A DNA stretch of 64,000 nt from an uncultured Poribacteria bacterium (GTDB taxonomy: Bacteria > Poribacteria > WGA-4E > WGA-3G). Positions 18,672-29,586 of the stretch are shown here, in pieces. Every line of letters begins with the position of its first letter. The first letter of the stretch is position 1. The notes beneath the pieces were generated by a model, which was not told the DNA's origin, made no database searches, and was given only the letters and a program-made list of their open reading frames with translations. Location of the stretch: NCBI GenBank assembly GCA_958296135.2, contig CATQHZ020000001.1:4736001-4800000 (forward strand). The letters run 5' to 3'. Position numbers and translations under genes: made by a program.

Positions 18672-20093
18672 ATGTCTACGTATGACGTTGGAATTATCGG
18701 CGGGGGGCCGGGCGGTTATGTCGCCGCTATCAAAGCCGCACAAATGGGTGCCCAAGTCTGCCTCATCGAAAAAGGGGCCTGGGGCGGCACGTGCCTCCAT
18801 CGGGGATGCATTCCAACGAAAACCCTCTTTTCTGTCGCCACACTCGCTACGCACATGCAAGATGCCGCCGAACTGGGGATACAAACGCGCGACACGGCAA
18901 TTGATTACACGCAAGTTCTCGCACACAAGGAATCTGTCGTCCAGCGGTTGACAGGGGGCATCGCGCAGCTGCTGAAAGGCAACGGCGTTCACACGCTTAA
19001 CGGCACCGCCGCCCTCACCGACAAAAACAGGATTGCTGTCCTGAAACCCGATGGCACAACCGAGCAGGTGCATGCCAAAAACGTCATCATCGCCACCGGT
19101 TCTGAACCTGCCGAGCCGCCTCTCTTTGAAATTGACGAAACTCAGGTATTGACAACGACAGGTATCCTGAACCTTACCGAGCTCCCTGAAAGCCTCATTA
19201 TCGTCGGGGGCGGCATTTCGGGATGCGAGTTCGCCTCGATTTTTAACGCGCTTGGTTGCAGCGTTACCGTGCTGGAACTCCTCCCCACCCTTTTGGCGAC
19301 TGAAGACGTGCAAGTCATCCGCCACATCCAACGCTTTATGAAGCAGAAAGGCATCCACAGCCACACGGGCGCAAAAGTGACGCACGTCAAAAAATCAGAG
19401 ACGCACGTTACCGCAACGCTTGAATCTGGCGAAGAATTAACAGCGGAAAAAATGCTCATCTCGACCGGACGGCGTTTCAATACGGAAGGCATCGGTTTGG
19501 AAAAAGTCGGCGTGCGGACAGACAAGGGCAAAATTCGCGTCAACTCGCGGATGCAGACAAACATTCCGGGCATATATGCCATCGGTGATGTTGCGAGTCG
19601 CTATCTGTTGGCGCACGTCGCTTCCGCAGAGGGAAAGGTGGCAGCACAAAACTGCTTGGTGGCAACCGCAACGATGCCCCCTACTATGGCCCCTACTATG
19701 GCCCCTACTATGGACTACCAGGTTATCCCTTGGTGCATTTTCACCTTACCCGAAATTGGGCACGTCGGCATGACAGAAAAGGAGGCGACAGACGAGGGAT
19801 ATGAAGTCAAAGTCGGCAGGTTTCCCTACGCCGCCAACGGCATAGCTCTGGGGATGCGCGAGACAGACGGCTTTGTCAAAACCGTCGCCGATGCAGAGAG
19901 CGGCGACATTCTCGGCGTGCATATCGTCGGCGCACATGCTTCAACGCTTATCCATGAGGCCGCGGTCGCGATTCGCGCGGGTGCCGCTGCGATGGACATC
20001 GCGCACACCGTCCACGCGCATCCCACGCTCTCGGAGATGGTGATGGAATCGGCGGAGGCGGCGTATGGTAAGGCGATTCATAGTTTGTCATAA
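18672..20093 (+). CDS. lpdA: Dihydrolipoyl dehydrogenase
   Basis: GGGPGG FAD motif, 'GGTCLHRGCIP' redox disulfide, 'HAHPTLSE'. Confidence 0.96.
   Translation: MSTYDVGIIGGGPGGYVAAIKAAQMGAQVCLIEKGAWGGTCLHRGCIPTKTLFSVATLATHMQDAAELGIQTRDTAIDYTQVLAHKESVVQRLTGGIAQLLKGNGVHTLNGTAALTDKNRIAVLKPDGTTEQVHAKNVIIATGSEPAEPPLFEIDETQVLTTTGILNLTELPESLIIVGGGISGCEFASIFNALGCSVTVLELLPTLLATEDVQVIRHIQRFMKQKGIHSHTGAKVTHVKKSETHVTATLESGEELTAEKMLISTGRRFNTEGIGLEKVGVRTDKGKIRVNSRMQTNIPGIYAIGDVASRYLLAHVASAEGKVAAQNCLVATATMPPTMAPTMAPTMDYQVIPWCIFTLPEIGHVGMTEKEATDEGYEVKVGRFPYAANGIALGMRETDGFVKTVADAESGDILGVHIVGAHASTLIHEAAVAIRAGAAAMDIAHTVHAHPTLSEMVMESAEAAYGKAIHSLS
19678..19713 (+). repeat. In-frame 12-bp tandem repeat inside lpdA
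   Basis: (CCCCTACTATGG)x3 encoding PTMAPTMAPTM. Confidence 0.9.
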
Positions 20094-20127
20094 ACACGCC
20101 TACCAGGGTTGTGCTGCGTCCGTTCTG

Positions 20128-21042
20128 TTAAAAACGAACTGCTTCTTGCAATGCCGCATACCGCGCCGATATATCGGAAAACTGCACGCTCGTCTGCCGA
20201 TTGATGCTAAAATCTTCAATGTTAAACGAGGCCACAACGGTGCCGTATATTATCGCACGGCGGACAGCTGCCTCTGACGTATCGTCGAGAGCGGCGAGGT
20301 AGCCGATGAGCGCGCCAGCAAAACTATCGCCTGCACCCGTCGCATCGGTGACATGCATGAGCGGATACGCGGGCGCGCTGAAGAAGGAAGACTCCGTGAC
20401 GCTAATCGCGCCGTGCTCGCCTTTCTTGACAATAACCCGATGCGGGCCGTAGCGCAGCATCGCGCGGGCGGCGCGCACAACATTAGCATCCCCCGTAAAC
20501 AGACACGCTTCACTATCGTTCAAAATGAGGATATCCACCTCCGCTAACGTCGCCTCTAACGCCGCTCTCTCCGTGTTAATCCAGATATCCATCGTATCAC
20601 ACATCACCAATTTCGGATGCGATGTCTGTGTAATGGCATCAAGCTGCAACTGCGGCGGATTGTTCGCGAGAAAGAGATAGGGGGCATCCGTATCAACGTT
20701 ATCTAAATTAGGTTGCACTTCGGCGACGACGTTCAAATCGGTAAAGAGCGTCTCGCGCACGTTGAAGTCTTCGGCATATTTACCGCCCCATTGGAACGTC
20801 TTGCCGTTTTCAACCCGCGTTAGCGCGCCAAGGTCGATGCCGAAATTTTCAAGCTGCTTTGCATACGCCGGTGGGAAATCGGCACCGACGACTCCAACAA
20901 GTTGCACAGAGGGATGAAAAAAACTCGCGGCGACAGCAGCGTAGACACCGGAGCCGCCGAGCACCTCTTCAACACGTTTGCACGGCGTTTCTACGGTATC
21001 TAATGTGGCCGTGCCGCAGACGATAATTCCCATTGAATCCAT
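20128..21042 (-). CDS. PfkB-family carbohydrate/nucleoside kinase (candidate adenosine kinase)
   Basis: 'LGGSG', 'KKGEHGA', 'DATGAGDSFAG' PfkB signatures; downstream of ahcY. Confidence 0.88.
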   Translation of the reverse strand: MDSMGIIVCGTATLDTVETPCKRVEEVLGGSGVYAAVAASFFHPSVQLVGVVGADFPPAYAKQLENFGIDLGALTRVENGKTFQWGGKYAEDFNVRETLFTDLNVVAEVQPNLDNVDTDAPYLFLANNPPQLQLDAITQTSHPKLVMCDTMDIWINTERAALEATLAEVDILILNDSEACLFTGDANVVRAARAMLRYGPHRVIVKKGEHGAISVTESSFFSAPAYPLMHVTDATGAGDSFAGALIGYLAALDDTSEAAVRRAIIYGTVVASFNIEDFSINRQTSVQFSDISARYAALQEAVRF

Positions 21043-21213
21043 CCATTCCAGGCCTGACGCAAATGCCTAAAGCCCGCCTACGCGGTTTGTGCTGCGTCAG
21101 TCCTACTACATTCATTCATAAACACGCCTGCCCTAACAGACTCAAGCCTTTGAGAGCATCTGAGCTCAAACCGGTGAGGCTCAGGCGAGTCTGACTTACA
21201 AGGAAGCGTGACA

Positions 21214-21444
21214 TCAAAAGGGCCCAGGACGGTTCTTGTTATCCCGCATTGCCCGGATAACCCGGCGCAGGCGGCGCACAAAAATGACGCTGAGCACAAT
21301 AATGATTGGATACTGCACGAACCCGAGCACCTCCAACAGCGTCGGCGAGAGGGTAAGATGCCCATTATTTGCCATCCAGATTGGCAGCAATAGCAACGCC
21401 GACACGAGGATGATGATGCCTTCCCAGATTTCTGATTTTTTCAT
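21214..21444 (-). CDS. Small two-TM membrane protein
   Basis: GGAGGA RBS before ATG 21444; two hydrophobic helices and a basic tail. Confidence 0.65.
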   Translation of the reverse strand: MKKSEIWEGIIILVSALLLLPIWMANNGHLTLSPTLLEVLGFVQYPIIIVLSVIFVRRLRRVIRAMRDNKNRPGPF

Positions 21445-21620
21445 GAAATTTCCTCCGCATGTGGCATCCGAACCGGCAGATAGAGACATCCGCCCTTACA
21501 ATGCAGACACGGCGAATGGACGCATGGACACTTATACCCAGCCGCCACAGAACACAGCGGAACGGGTGAATGCGGCTATGGAAGTCCCCACCCTCACCAG
21601 AACATGACGCAAGGCGCGCC

Positions 21621-22883
21621 TTAGGTGCCCATCTCCCACGAATTGAGGTATTTCTCCTGCGCCGCGGTGAGGGTGTCAATCTCAACGCCGAACGCTCCCA
21701 ATTTCAAGCGCGCCACGGTGTCGTCAATAGCGGCGGGCACATCGTAAACCCCTTTGCCAAAGGTATCCCGGTTTTTAGCGATGTGCTCAACCGACAAGGC
21801 TTGCGTGGCGAAACTCATATCCATCACACTTGCAGGATGCCCCTCGGCGGCGGCTAAGTTCACTAGCCTTCCTTCACCGACGAGGAAAAGCTTCCTACCG
21901 TCTGCTAGGGTGTATGCCTCCACAAATTCGCGGGCATCGTCTTTCGCGACGCTCAGTTCTTCCAGCGCGGGAATATCAATCTCAACGTTAAAGTGGCCGG
22001 AATTCGCGATGAGCGCGCCGTCCTTCATCACCTCAAAATGTTCCTTGCGCAGCACATGAATATCGCCGGTTAAGGTAATCACCAGGTCTGCCTCTTGCAC
22101 CGCCGTTTGCATCGGCATGACACGGAAGCCGTCCATGATAGCCTCCAATGCCTTCAAGGCAATAACTTCGGTGACGATAACGTTCGCGCCTAAACCGCGG
22201 GCGCGGCTCGCGACACCTCTGCCGCACCAACCATATCCGGCGACGACAATCGTCGTTCCCGCAAGGAGGAGGTTTGTCGCGCGGATAATCCCATCTAGTG
22301 TGCTTTGCCCGGTGCCGTATCGGTTATCAAAAAAATGCTTGGTTTGTGCATCGTTGACAGCGATGATGGGGTATTTCAGCACGCCTTCCGCCGCCATGCT
22401 CTTGAGCCGAATCACCCCGGTCGTCGTCTCTTCCGTGCCAGCGACTACCTGTTCAACTAACGCCGGGTTCGTCTCTTCCGAGTGAAGTCGGGATACCAGG
22501 TCTGCGCCATCATCCATCGTAATCGTGGGTTGCAGCGCGAGGGTGGCATCAATGTGTTGATAGTAAGTCTCGGTATCTTCGCCGTTAATAGCGAAAACGC
22601 CAATCTGCTCGTCAACAACGAGGGATGCGGCGACATCGTCCTGTGTGCTGAGCGGATTGGAAGCACAGAGTGCCACCTCGGCACCGCCTGCCTTCAGCGT
22701 CTTCATCAGATTCGCCGTTTCAGTTGTGACATGTAAACATGCCGCAACCGTGAATCCATCAAGCGGACGTTCCTCTTCAAATCGCGCGCGGATGGATGCC
22801 AGAACCGGCATGAACCGGTTTGCCCAGTCAATGCGTTGTTTGCCGGTGGGTGCCAATTCTGTAGTTTTAATGTCGTAGTTCAT
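21621..22883 (-). CDS. ahcY: Adenosylhomocysteinase
   Basis: 'SNPLSTQD', 'GTEETTTG', '[13 protein letters not shown]', 'GYGWCGRG', '[11 protein letters not shown]'. Confidence 0.97.
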   Translation of the reverse strand: MNYDIKTTELAPTGKQRIDWANRFMPVLASIRARFEEERPLDGFTVAACLHVTTETANLMKTLKAGGAEVALCASNPLSTQDDVAASLVVDEQIGVFAINGEDTETYYQHIDATLALQPTITMDDGADLVSRLHSEETNPALVEQVVAGTEETTTGVIRLKSMAAEGVLKYPIIAVNDAQTKHFFDNRYGTGQSTLDGIIRATNLLLAGTTIVVAGYGWCGRGVASRARGLGANVIVTEVIALKALEAIMDGFRVMPMQTAVQEADLVITLTGDIHVLRKEHFEVMKDGALIANSGHFNVEIDIPALEELSVAKDDAREFVEAYTLADGRKLFLVGEGRLVNLAAAEGHPASVMDMSFATQALSVEHIAKNRDTFGKGVYDVPAAIDDTVARLKLGAFGVEIDTLTAAQEKYLNSWEMGT

Positions 22884-23001
22884 CAATTCTCCGTCAGTGC
22901 GCGGCTGCGAACCGCGCTGACAAGTCAAGCGGGGCCTATTGAACAGGCAGGACGCAACATCCTGAGACCGGCATTCGGTAGGAGTTTGTTCTGCTTAGTT
23001 C

Positions 23002-24132
23002 CTATTGAAGTTTTTCGGCGTAATCGGTTTTCTCCCACGTGAACCCCGGTTCCTCGCGCCCGAAATGGCCGTATGCCGCCGTGTTCCGATAGATAGGCTG
23101 CCGCAGTTGCAAGCGTTCAATAATGCCGCCCGGCGTTAAATCGAAGTGCGTGTTGACAAGCTCGGTGAGTACCTCGTCCTCACCCGTGCCGAACGTATCC
23201 ACCATCACCGAGACAGGCTCTTTCCTACCGATGGCGTAAGAGAGCTGAATCTCACACCGTTCCGCGAGGCCTGCAGCGACGAGATTCTTCGCGACGTGGC
23301 GTGCGGCGTACGTCGCGCTCCGGTCGACTTTCGTCGGGTCCTTGCCAGAAAGAGCACCACCGCCGTGCCGTCCCATGCCGCCGTAGGTATCAACGATGAT
23401 TTTTCTTCCCGTTAACCCTGCATCTCCCTGCGGTCCGCCTGTGACGAAGCGCCCCGTCGGGTTGATATGATATTGCACGTCGGGCGCGAGGAGATTTTCA
23501 GGGATAATCTTTTTGATAACCTCTTCGATGAGTGCCTCCCGCAACTTCGCATCGTCAACATCGGGATGGTGTTGCGCGACAACAACAACCGTCGTAACAG
23601 CTTTGGGTTGACTCTCAACGTATTCAACGGTTACCTGTGATTTTCCATCGGGGCGGATAAAATCGAGAATGCCCTCTTTGCGCACCTGTGCCAAGCGGCG
23701 CGTCAACTGGTGCGCGAGCATAATGGGCAGCGGCATGAGCACCGGCGTTTCGGTGCATGCGTATCCGAACATGATGCCCTGGTCGCCCGCGCCGCCGGGG
23801 TTCACGCCCATCGCAATGTCAGGCGACTGCTTATCAATGAGGCTGAGGATGGCACTGTGCTCGGCATCAAAGCCGTAGGCGATATCCGTGTAGCCTATCT
23901 CCCGTAAGACTTCGCGGGCGATTTGCTGGACATCATAAGTGGCAGTTGTCGTGATTTCACCGGTAATGACAGCGAGTCCGGTTGTTACCAAAGTTTCACA
24001 AGCGACTCTGCCGAGCGGATCCGCTGAGAAGATTCTATCAAGCACCGCGTCAGAAATCTGATCAGCGATTTTATCGGGGTGTCCTTCGGTTACGGATTCG
24101 GACGTAAATAGGAAATTTTTACTCAATTCCAT
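23002..24132 (-). CDS. metK: S-adenosylmethionine synthetase
   Basis: '[13 protein letters not shown]', 'GAGDQG', 'GGGALSGKD'; start reassigned to ATG 24132 (AGGAG RBS). Confidence 0.97.
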   Translation of the reverse strand: MELSKNFLFTSESVTEGHPDKIADQISDAVLDRIFSADPLGRVACETLVTTGLAVITGEITTTATYDVQQIAREVLREIGYTDIAYGFDAEHSAILSLIDKQSPDIAMGVNPGGAGDQGIMFGYACTETPVLMPLPIMLAHQLTRRLAQVRKEGILDFIRPDGKSQVTVEYVESQPKAVTTVVVVAQHHPDVDDAKLREALIEEVIKKIIPENLLAPDVQYHINPTGRFVTGGPQGDAGLTGRKIIVDTYGGMGRHGGGALSGKDPTKVDRSATYAARHVAKNLVAAGLAERCEIQLSYAIGRKEPVSVMVDTFGTGEDEVLTELVNTHFDLTPGGIIERLQLRQPIYRNTAAYGHFGREEPGFTWEKTDYAEKLQ

Positions 24133-24245
24133 TCTCCTAGTCTTTATGTCTGTGGCTTGGCGAGAGGCGAGGCAAAGCCCACCATACCCAATAAACGGTA
24201 TGTGCCTGCCTGCGTTGTCAGCAGCGCATTTTGGGGATAGCGAGG

Positions 24246-24278
24246 CCGGTAGGCGCGCTTTCATAGCGCGCCTACCGG
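24246..24278. repeat. GTAG-REP palindrome between rpsA and metK
   Basis: CCGGTAGGCGCGCT-ttcat-AGCGCGCCTACCGG. Confidence 0.8.
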
Positions 24279-24310
24279 TTGCGCGAGTCCTATCGGGTGC
24301 GGGCCGGCTG

Positions 24311-26815
24311 TTAATTCTCGGTGTTCTCAGCGTTGTCCGCCGCGTTCGATTTCCCCATCTCCTCTTTGAGCAAGGCACCCAGAGTGGTGACGGCTTCCTC
24401 ATGCACCTGTTTGGGGCGGCGAGGTTCGCGTCGTTGCCGGGGCCGGCGTTCGGGGCGCGGGAGCCGCGGCCGCGCTTCTTCAGGCTCAGCCCCACGTTCT
24501 TGTTCAGAGAGTGCGGCTTTCAAACTAAGGCCGATGCGCCGGTCTTCCGGGGAGAGGTTGATCACCTTCAAATCCAACTCTTGGCCGAGGGAGACAACAT
24601 CGTCCGGTTTTTCGATACGCCGATCGGCGAGCTCGGAGATGTGAATCAACCCTTCAATTCCCTCCTCCAGTTTGGTAAACGCGCCAAAACTGGTGAGATT
24701 GACAATCCGCCCCCGCACGATGGAGCCAACTTTATACTTTTCTGGCACTTCTGACCAGGGGTCCGGTTGCGTCTGCTTGAGTCCGAGTGAAACGCGCCGT
24801 TCCTCCGGGTCGACATGCAGCACGACTACCTCAATATCCTTGCCTTCCTTCAGTTCCTGGTTGGCACTGCCGCGCTTCGTCCAGGAAAGATCGGACGTGT
24901 GGATGAGTCCATCGATGCCATCTTCAATTTCCACAAACGCGCCGAACGCCGTCAGGTTCCGGATACGTCCCGTGACTTTCGTGCCAGGCGGGTACTTCTC
25001 CGCTAGGACTTCCCACGGATTCTGCTGCAACTGCTTGAGCCCAAGGGAGATGCGCTTGTCGTCGCGTGAAATCTCCAGAACGAGTGCCTCAATCTCCTGC
25101 CCTTTGCTGACAATGCGCGAGGGGGCAACGTTGCGGCGGGTCCACGCCATCTCGGAGACGTGAATGAGGCCCTCAACGCCTTCCTCTAATTGCAGGAACG
25201 CACCGTAGTTGACGATATTGACGACGGTGCCTCGGACAGTTGAACCGACCGGATATTTCTCTGCCACATTCTCCCAGGGATCGGGTGTCTGCTGTTTCAA
25301 TCCGAGGGAGATTTTCTCGTTCTCCTTGCCGATACCGAGGACGATAACTTCCACTTCCTGCCCCGGCGTGACAACTTCAGAGGGATGATGGATGCGCCGC
25401 CAAGACATATCTGTCTTGTGGAGCAAGCCGTCTACACCGCCCAGATCGACGAACGCGCCAAAGGCCGTGATATTCTTCACCACGCCGGAGACCCGCTGCC
25501 CAACTTCCAGACGCTCCAGCACCTCCGCCCTCTGCCGCGCTATTTCGGCTTCCAGCCACGAGCGCCGCGACAAGACGATGTTGTTCCGCCGCTTGCTCAG
25601 GCTGATAACCTTCATCGGGAAGGTCTGCCCGACATACCGTTCCAGATTTTGAATAGGACGCATTTCAACCTGTGACGCAGGCAGAAAGCCGCGCAGAGAG
25701 CCAACGCTGACGCGCAGTCCACCCTTAATCCGCTCGGTAATCCGGCCGTCTACTGGCCCGCCGCTCTCGTGAGCGGTGGCAATCTCATCCCAAATGAGCG
25801 TCTCGTCGGCGATTTTCTTGGAGAGGACTATCTGTCCCTCCGCGTCTTCGCGCCGAACAATGAAGACATCAATTACGTCGCCGACTTTGACAGGCGGCGC
25901 ATCGTTCCGGGCACCGCCGAACTCCGATGCTGTGATATAGCCCTCCGACTTGAACCCAATGTCGATCATCACCTCATCGCGGCTGACCTCAACGACGGTG
26001 CCTTTAACGATTTCGCCATCGGTAAACGTCTTGATCGAATTATCATACGCTTCTTCAAGCGCTTCCGGGCTCATGGGCTCCGGCGGTTCTTCCGGTGCCG
26101 CGGCAGCCACTGCATCATCGGCAGGTGCCGCTTCTTCTGTCAAGGGCACTGCGTCCGGATCCGTCTCCGTGACTGCCACTGCCGCCGCGTCAGCAGGGGC
26201 CGGCTCATCGGTGAGTGGCACTGCGTCCGGATCCGTCTCCGTGACTGCCACTGCCGCCGCGTCGGCGGGGGCCGGTTCATCGGTGAGTGGCACCGCGTCC
26301 GGATCCGTCTCCGTGACTGCCACTGCCGCCGTGTCGGCGGGGGCCGGCTCATCGGTGAGTGGCACCGCGTCCGGATCCGTCTCCGTGACTGCCACTGCCG
26401 CCGTGTCGGCGGGGGCCGGTTCATCGGTGAGTGGCACCGCGTCCGGATCCGTCTCCGTGACTGCCACTGCCGCCGTGTCGGCGGGGGCCGGTTCATCGGT
26501 GAGTGGCACCGCGTCCGCAGCTGTCTCTGTCACTTCCACAGCGTCGGTTGCGGTTTCCGCTTCCATCTCGTTCACTTCTTGTTCCGATACCGCCGCTTCT
26601 GCGACAACTTCCGTCGTATCGCCAGGGGGTTCCTCGGTTGATTCCGCCGCCTCAACGGTGATTTCCGCGTCACCGCTATTGATGGCTTCCTCATGCACCT
26701 CAATGTCCGCCTCGGGCACGACATCGGGTGTCTCTGTCTCGTTCACCGCTTCCGGGTGATTCTGTTTTTCCACCTCAACGGTGGAGGCATTCGTAGTTGC
26801 CTGTTCGTTGTTCAT
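24311..26815 (-). CDS. rpsA: 30S ribosomal protein S1 with long acidic N-terminal extension
   Basis: Six S1 repeats ('FGAFV', 'DGLLH/EGLIH', 'ISLGLKQ'); about 250-aa E/A/T/P/D-rich N-terminus. Confidence 0.95.
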   Translation of the reverse strand: MNNEQATTNASTVEVEKQNHPEAVNETETPDVVPEADIEVHEEAINSGDAEITVEAAESTEEPPGDTTEVVAEAAVSEQEVNEMEAETATDAVEVTETAADAVPLTDEPAPADTAAVAVTETDPDAVPLTDEPAPADTAAVAVTETDPDAVPLTDEPAPADTAAVAVTETDPDAVPLTDEPAPADAAAVAVTETDPDAVPLTDEPAPADAAAVAVTETDPDAVPLTEEAAPADDAVAAAAPEEPPEPMSPEALEEAYDNSIKTFTDGEIVKGTVVEVSRDEVMIDIGFKSEGYITASEFGGARNDAPPVKVGDVIDVFIVRREDAEGQIVLSKKIADETLIWDEIATAHESGGPVDGRITERIKGGLRVSVGSLRGFLPASQVEMRPIQNLERYVGQTFPMKVISLSKRRNNIVLSRRSWLEAEIARQRAEVLERLEVGQRVSGVVKNITAFGAFVDLGGVDGLLHKTDMSWRRIHHPSEVVTPGQEVEVIVLGIGKENEKISLGLKQQTPDPWENVAEKYPVGSTVRGTVVNIVNYGAFLQLEEGVEGLIHVSEMAWTRRNVAPSRIVSKGQEIEALVLEISRDDKRISLGLKQLQQNPWEVLAEKYPPGTKVTGRIRNLTAFGAFVEIEDGIDGLIHTSDLSWTKRGSANQELKEGKDIEVVVLHVDPEERRVSLGLKQTQPDPWSEVPEKYKVGSIVRGRIVNLTSFGAFTKLEEGIEGLIHISELADRRIEKPDDVVSLGQELDLKVINLSPEDRRIGLSLKAALSEQERGAEPEEARPRLPRPERRPRQRREPRRPKQVHEEAVTTLGALLKEEMGKSNAADNAENTEN
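26110..26518 (-). repeat. 72-bp coding tandem repeat in rpsA (5 copies plus a partial)
   Basis: Unit [12 protein letters not shown](T/A)[11 protein letters not shown]; DNA period 72. Confidence 0.92.
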
Positions 26816-26920
26816 TCAGTAAGATACCTGGTCCAGTCAAAAACGCACTTCCGCGTTAATTCGCCAGTTCCTCCTTCATATTCAAAGTACCTTTTGGCAC
26901 TTTGCAAATCGGTTATGAAT

Positions 26921-27002
26921 AGTATAACATAAATATGCAAAGAAAAGCAAGAAGAATTTTTTTTTTTAATGGCTTGACTTTTTTCTCGATTTAAGATAGA
27001 AT
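26921..27002. promoter_or_regulatory. Divergent promoters of rpsA and the STAS-rsbW operon
   Basis: Minus TTGCTT-18-TATACT; plus TTGACT-17-TAGAAT (26974-27002); T11 tract between them. Confidence 0.65.
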
Positions 27003-27046
27003 GTGAATCAATCGTTCTCATTTTTCAACTACATAAGGTGAATTCT

Positions 27047-27391
27047 ATGTCTTCAACTGAATTGATGACGCTCCGGGAGAACGCCGATATCAAAATTATT
27101 GAGATAAAGACAGACTTGAGTAGTTATGCCGCATCGGATTTGCGGAAGATGCTGGAGTCACTCTTGTCACAAAAAATCGAGAAAGTTGTCGTGAACCTGA
27201 GCGAAGTGAACCATATCAACAGCACGGCGGTAGGCGCGCTCGTGGGGGTAGCCAAACGGCTCCGTCAAACCGGCGGCGACCTGAAAATTTGCGCCCTCGC
27301 CGATAATTTAACGCGAACCTTTAATCTGATAGGCGCGTCCAGCGTCGTCGAAATTTACGAATCCGAAGAGAGTGCCATCGCCGCATTCTAG
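27047..27391 (+). CDS. STAS anti-sigma-factor antagonist (RsbV/SpoIIAA-like)
   Basis: 'VVVNLSEVNHINSTAVGAL...GGDLKI'. Confidence 0.88.
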   Translation: MSSTELMTLRENADIKIIEIKTDLSSYAASDLRKMLESLLSQKIEKVVVNLSEVNHINSTAVGALVGVAKRLRQTGGDLKICALADNLTRTFNLIGASSVVEIYESEESAIAAF

Positions 27392-27509
27392 GCCAAAATC
27401 AGTCAGTCAGTCAGGAGATTTTGCCGTGCTCGGGCTCGCCCGAGCCCGATGACAGAAGCCCATTTGGTACCGTTCAGTGACGTTACATCACAAAGTAGAA
27501 ACTTAGCAC

Positions 27510-27953
27510 ATGGAGAAAGCACACATTGAGCTCAAGATTCCGAGTGACGTTTCTTACGTAGACCCGGTTCGGGCACTCGTGGGGAAATTGGCGGAACGTC
27601 TGGAGTTTTCCCGAAAACGCGGCGCGGATATCCAACTCGTCCTTGATGAAATCTGCACCAATGCCATCAACCACGGTTCTGCGCATACCACGGATGGCAT
27701 TGATTTGCGCATCGATGTTGACGCGAACAGCCTTGAGATTCTTGTCCGGGATACAGGGAGAAAGGATGCACAGAAAGATGGGTGGATAACGCCGGCAAGG
27801 CTCTCGGAAATTGAGGCGAACCGTTCGCCATGCAGTGAAGGCGGGCACGGTATTTTCCTCGTGAACTCCCTCGCCGATGTCCACGAAATGGCGCGCAACG
27901 CTGCCGGTGGCACGGATGTCCGCGTCATTTTTTATCGCAAGTTGGAAGATTAG
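27510..27953 (+). CDS. RsbW-like anti-sigma factor / Ser kinase (HATPase_c)
   Basis: 'LDEICTNAINHG', 'VRDTG', 'GGHGIFLV', 'GGT'. Confidence 0.88.
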   Translation: MEKAHIELKIPSDVSYVDPVRALVGKLAERLEFSRKRGADIQLVLDEICTNAINHGSAHTTDGIDLRIDVDANSLEILVRDTGRKDAQKDGWITPARLSEIEANRSPCSEGGHGIFLVNSLADVHEMARNAAGGTDVRVIFYRKLED

Positions 27954-29128
27954 GTTCCGTTTCGCGCCGCAACCTCAATAGCGATGAGCGTGAGATCATC
28001 GTCTTTCGGCACAGATTCGGCGAATGCATCGACTGCCTCAGAAACGCTATTGAGGAGCGCGGCCACCGGCCGGCCCGCGCCAGCACTCACTAGCCGCTGA
28101 AACCGTTCCGCCGTAAACTCTTCGCCCTGTGCATTCTTGATTTCATAAGCACCATCGGTATAGAGAAATAGTTGGCTGAACCGGTCAAACGGATAAGTGC
28201 TTGTCTCATACGTTGAGTCGCGCCAAATGCCCAATCCGTTGCCTGTTTTTTTGTCGCCGACGACTTGACAGGTATGCTGTGGCCCGCTATACAAAAACGG
28301 AAAGGGATGCCCTGCATTGGCGCAGGCGAGTTCGCCCTTGGTGCAATCGATGACACCACAAAACGCCGTCGCAAACATAAAGAGGCGGGAGCTGAGCATG
28401 TCGTTGAACCGCGTATTGAGGATTTCAAGGAGGTGCGCCGGCTTATCCCCAAGCTGCGGCTGAAATTCGGCGAGAACCGTCTTAATGAAGACTGTCACGA
28501 AGGCAGCTGACACGCCGTGGCCCATGACATCGGAGATGAAAACGCCGAGCCGGTTCGGTTGAATCTCCCAGATATCAAAAAAATCGCCGCCGACTGCCAT
28601 CTCCGGGCTGCAGCGTGACGCGACGCGGCACCCCGCTAATTCCTGAACGCCGTTCTGGGGGAGCAGGATTTCCTGAATGCTGCGCGCCATTTGCAGCTCG
28701 TCTTCCAAGCGCGCGTTGTGGTTTGCAAGTGAATCATGATATTGCTTGATGCGCAACAGGGAACGGACACGGGCAAGCACCTCTAGGCTATCGAAAGGCT
28801 TCTCAATGAAATCGTCTGCCCCGGCTTCAATGGCCTTAATCCGATTCTCGTGCGTGTCGCGGAGGGCGGTTATCATGACAATCGGGATAAACTCGGTATC
28901 CTTCGCCTGGCGGAGCCGCGCCACCGCCTCAAACCCATCCATTTTCGGCATGTTGATATCCATCAAAACCAGGTCTGGTTTTTCGGCTTTCACCGTTTCC
29001 AATGCCTTCAGGCCATCGGTAGCGGTGCAAACGGCGTAGCCTCTCGCCTTGAGATGGATTTGGAGGATTCTGACGTTCTTGGGTTCATCATCGACGATGA
29101 GGACTTTCGCGGGGGATTCGGGATTCAT
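27950..29128 (-). CDS. Response regulator-PP2C (SpoIIE/RsbU-like) phosphatase
   Basis: N-terminal REC (VDD, DINMP, KP); 'VGGDFFD', 'DVMGHG', 'NAGHP', 'YTDG', 'DDLT'. Confidence 0.92.
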   Translation of the reverse strand: MNPESPAKVLIVDDEPKNVRILQIHLKARGYAVCTATDGLKALETVKAEKPDLVLMDINMPKMDGFEAVARLRQAKDTEFIPIVMITALRDTHENRIKAIEAGADDFIEKPFDSLEVLARVRSLLRIKQYHDSLANHNARLEDELQMARSIQEILLPQNGVQELAGCRVASRCSPEMAVGGDFFDIWEIQPNRLGVFISDVMGHGVSAAFVTVFIKTVLAEFQPQLGDKPAHLLEILNTRFNDMLSSRLFMFATAFCGVIDCTKGELACANAGHPFPFLYSGPQHTCQVVGDKKTGNGLGIWRDSTYETSTYPFDRFSQLFLYTDGAYEIKNAQGEEFTAERFQRLVSAGAGRPVAALLNSVSEAVDAFAESVPKDDDLTLIAIEVAARNGT

Positions 29129-29526
29129 TTCGCGGCTCCTTTGAGATGCGCCTCAACACATCCTACAAGCACCTGAATATCAATAGGTTTGCTGAGGTAA
29201 TCGTCGCAACCGGCTTCAAGGATACGCTCCTTATCGCCGGACATCGCGGCAGCAGTTAACGCGATGATAGGGATGTCTGCCCACTTCAGTTCCGATTTAA
29301 TCTGGCGCGCCAAGTCTTCGCCGCTCTGTCCCGGCAGCGCGATATCCATGAGAATGAGGTTCGGTGTGACAGCTGCCAGGTTCGCGAGGGCCTCTACCGC
29401 ATCGGTTGCCTCAACGACGGTGTAGCCTTTGGATTGGAGCACAATCCGCACGACTTTGCGGTTCAACTCCTGGTCTTCAATCACCAAGATGCGCGGCGCT
29501 TCCGGAAGAGAGTTTGCAGTTTCCAC
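29125..29526 (-). CDS. Single-domain response regulator (DivK/CheY-like)
   Basis: 'IED', 'LMDIALP', 'ALTA', 'GCDDYLSKPID'. Confidence 0.92.
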   Translation of the reverse strand: METANSLPEAPRILVIEDQELNRKVVRIVLQSKGYTVVEATDAVEALANLAAVTPNLILMDIALPGQSGEDLARQIKSELKWADIPIIALTAAAMSGDKERILEAGCDDYLSKPIDIQVLVGCVEAHLKGAAK

Positions 29527-29586
29527 ATGTTATCCTCAAGTTGATAGGACTTGACGTTTGCCGGGAGGCACGCTTTGCAAGCGCGC

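Noticed and set aside
22884-24310. SAM or SAH riboswitch upstream of metK or ahcY
   Set aside because: No SAM-I or SAH consensus recognised by eye; the visible hairpins are REP-like.
24133-24495. N-terminal extensions of metK (also acnA, ahcY, USP, STAS and the giant gene) in the ORF track
   Set aside because: Downstream ATGs have clear RBSs and match family N-termini; the extensions overlap neighbours or repeats.
25769-26759. Long plus-strand ORFs (290 and 269 aa) with repeats
   Set aside because: Antisense shadows of the rpsA 72-bp repeat.
29145-29166. GTAG-hairpin within the response-regulator C-terminus (and GTAGGGTGGA at about 44429 in vWA)
   Set aside because: No clear length insertion relative to the domain; may be chance, so not counted among in-frame REP insertions.
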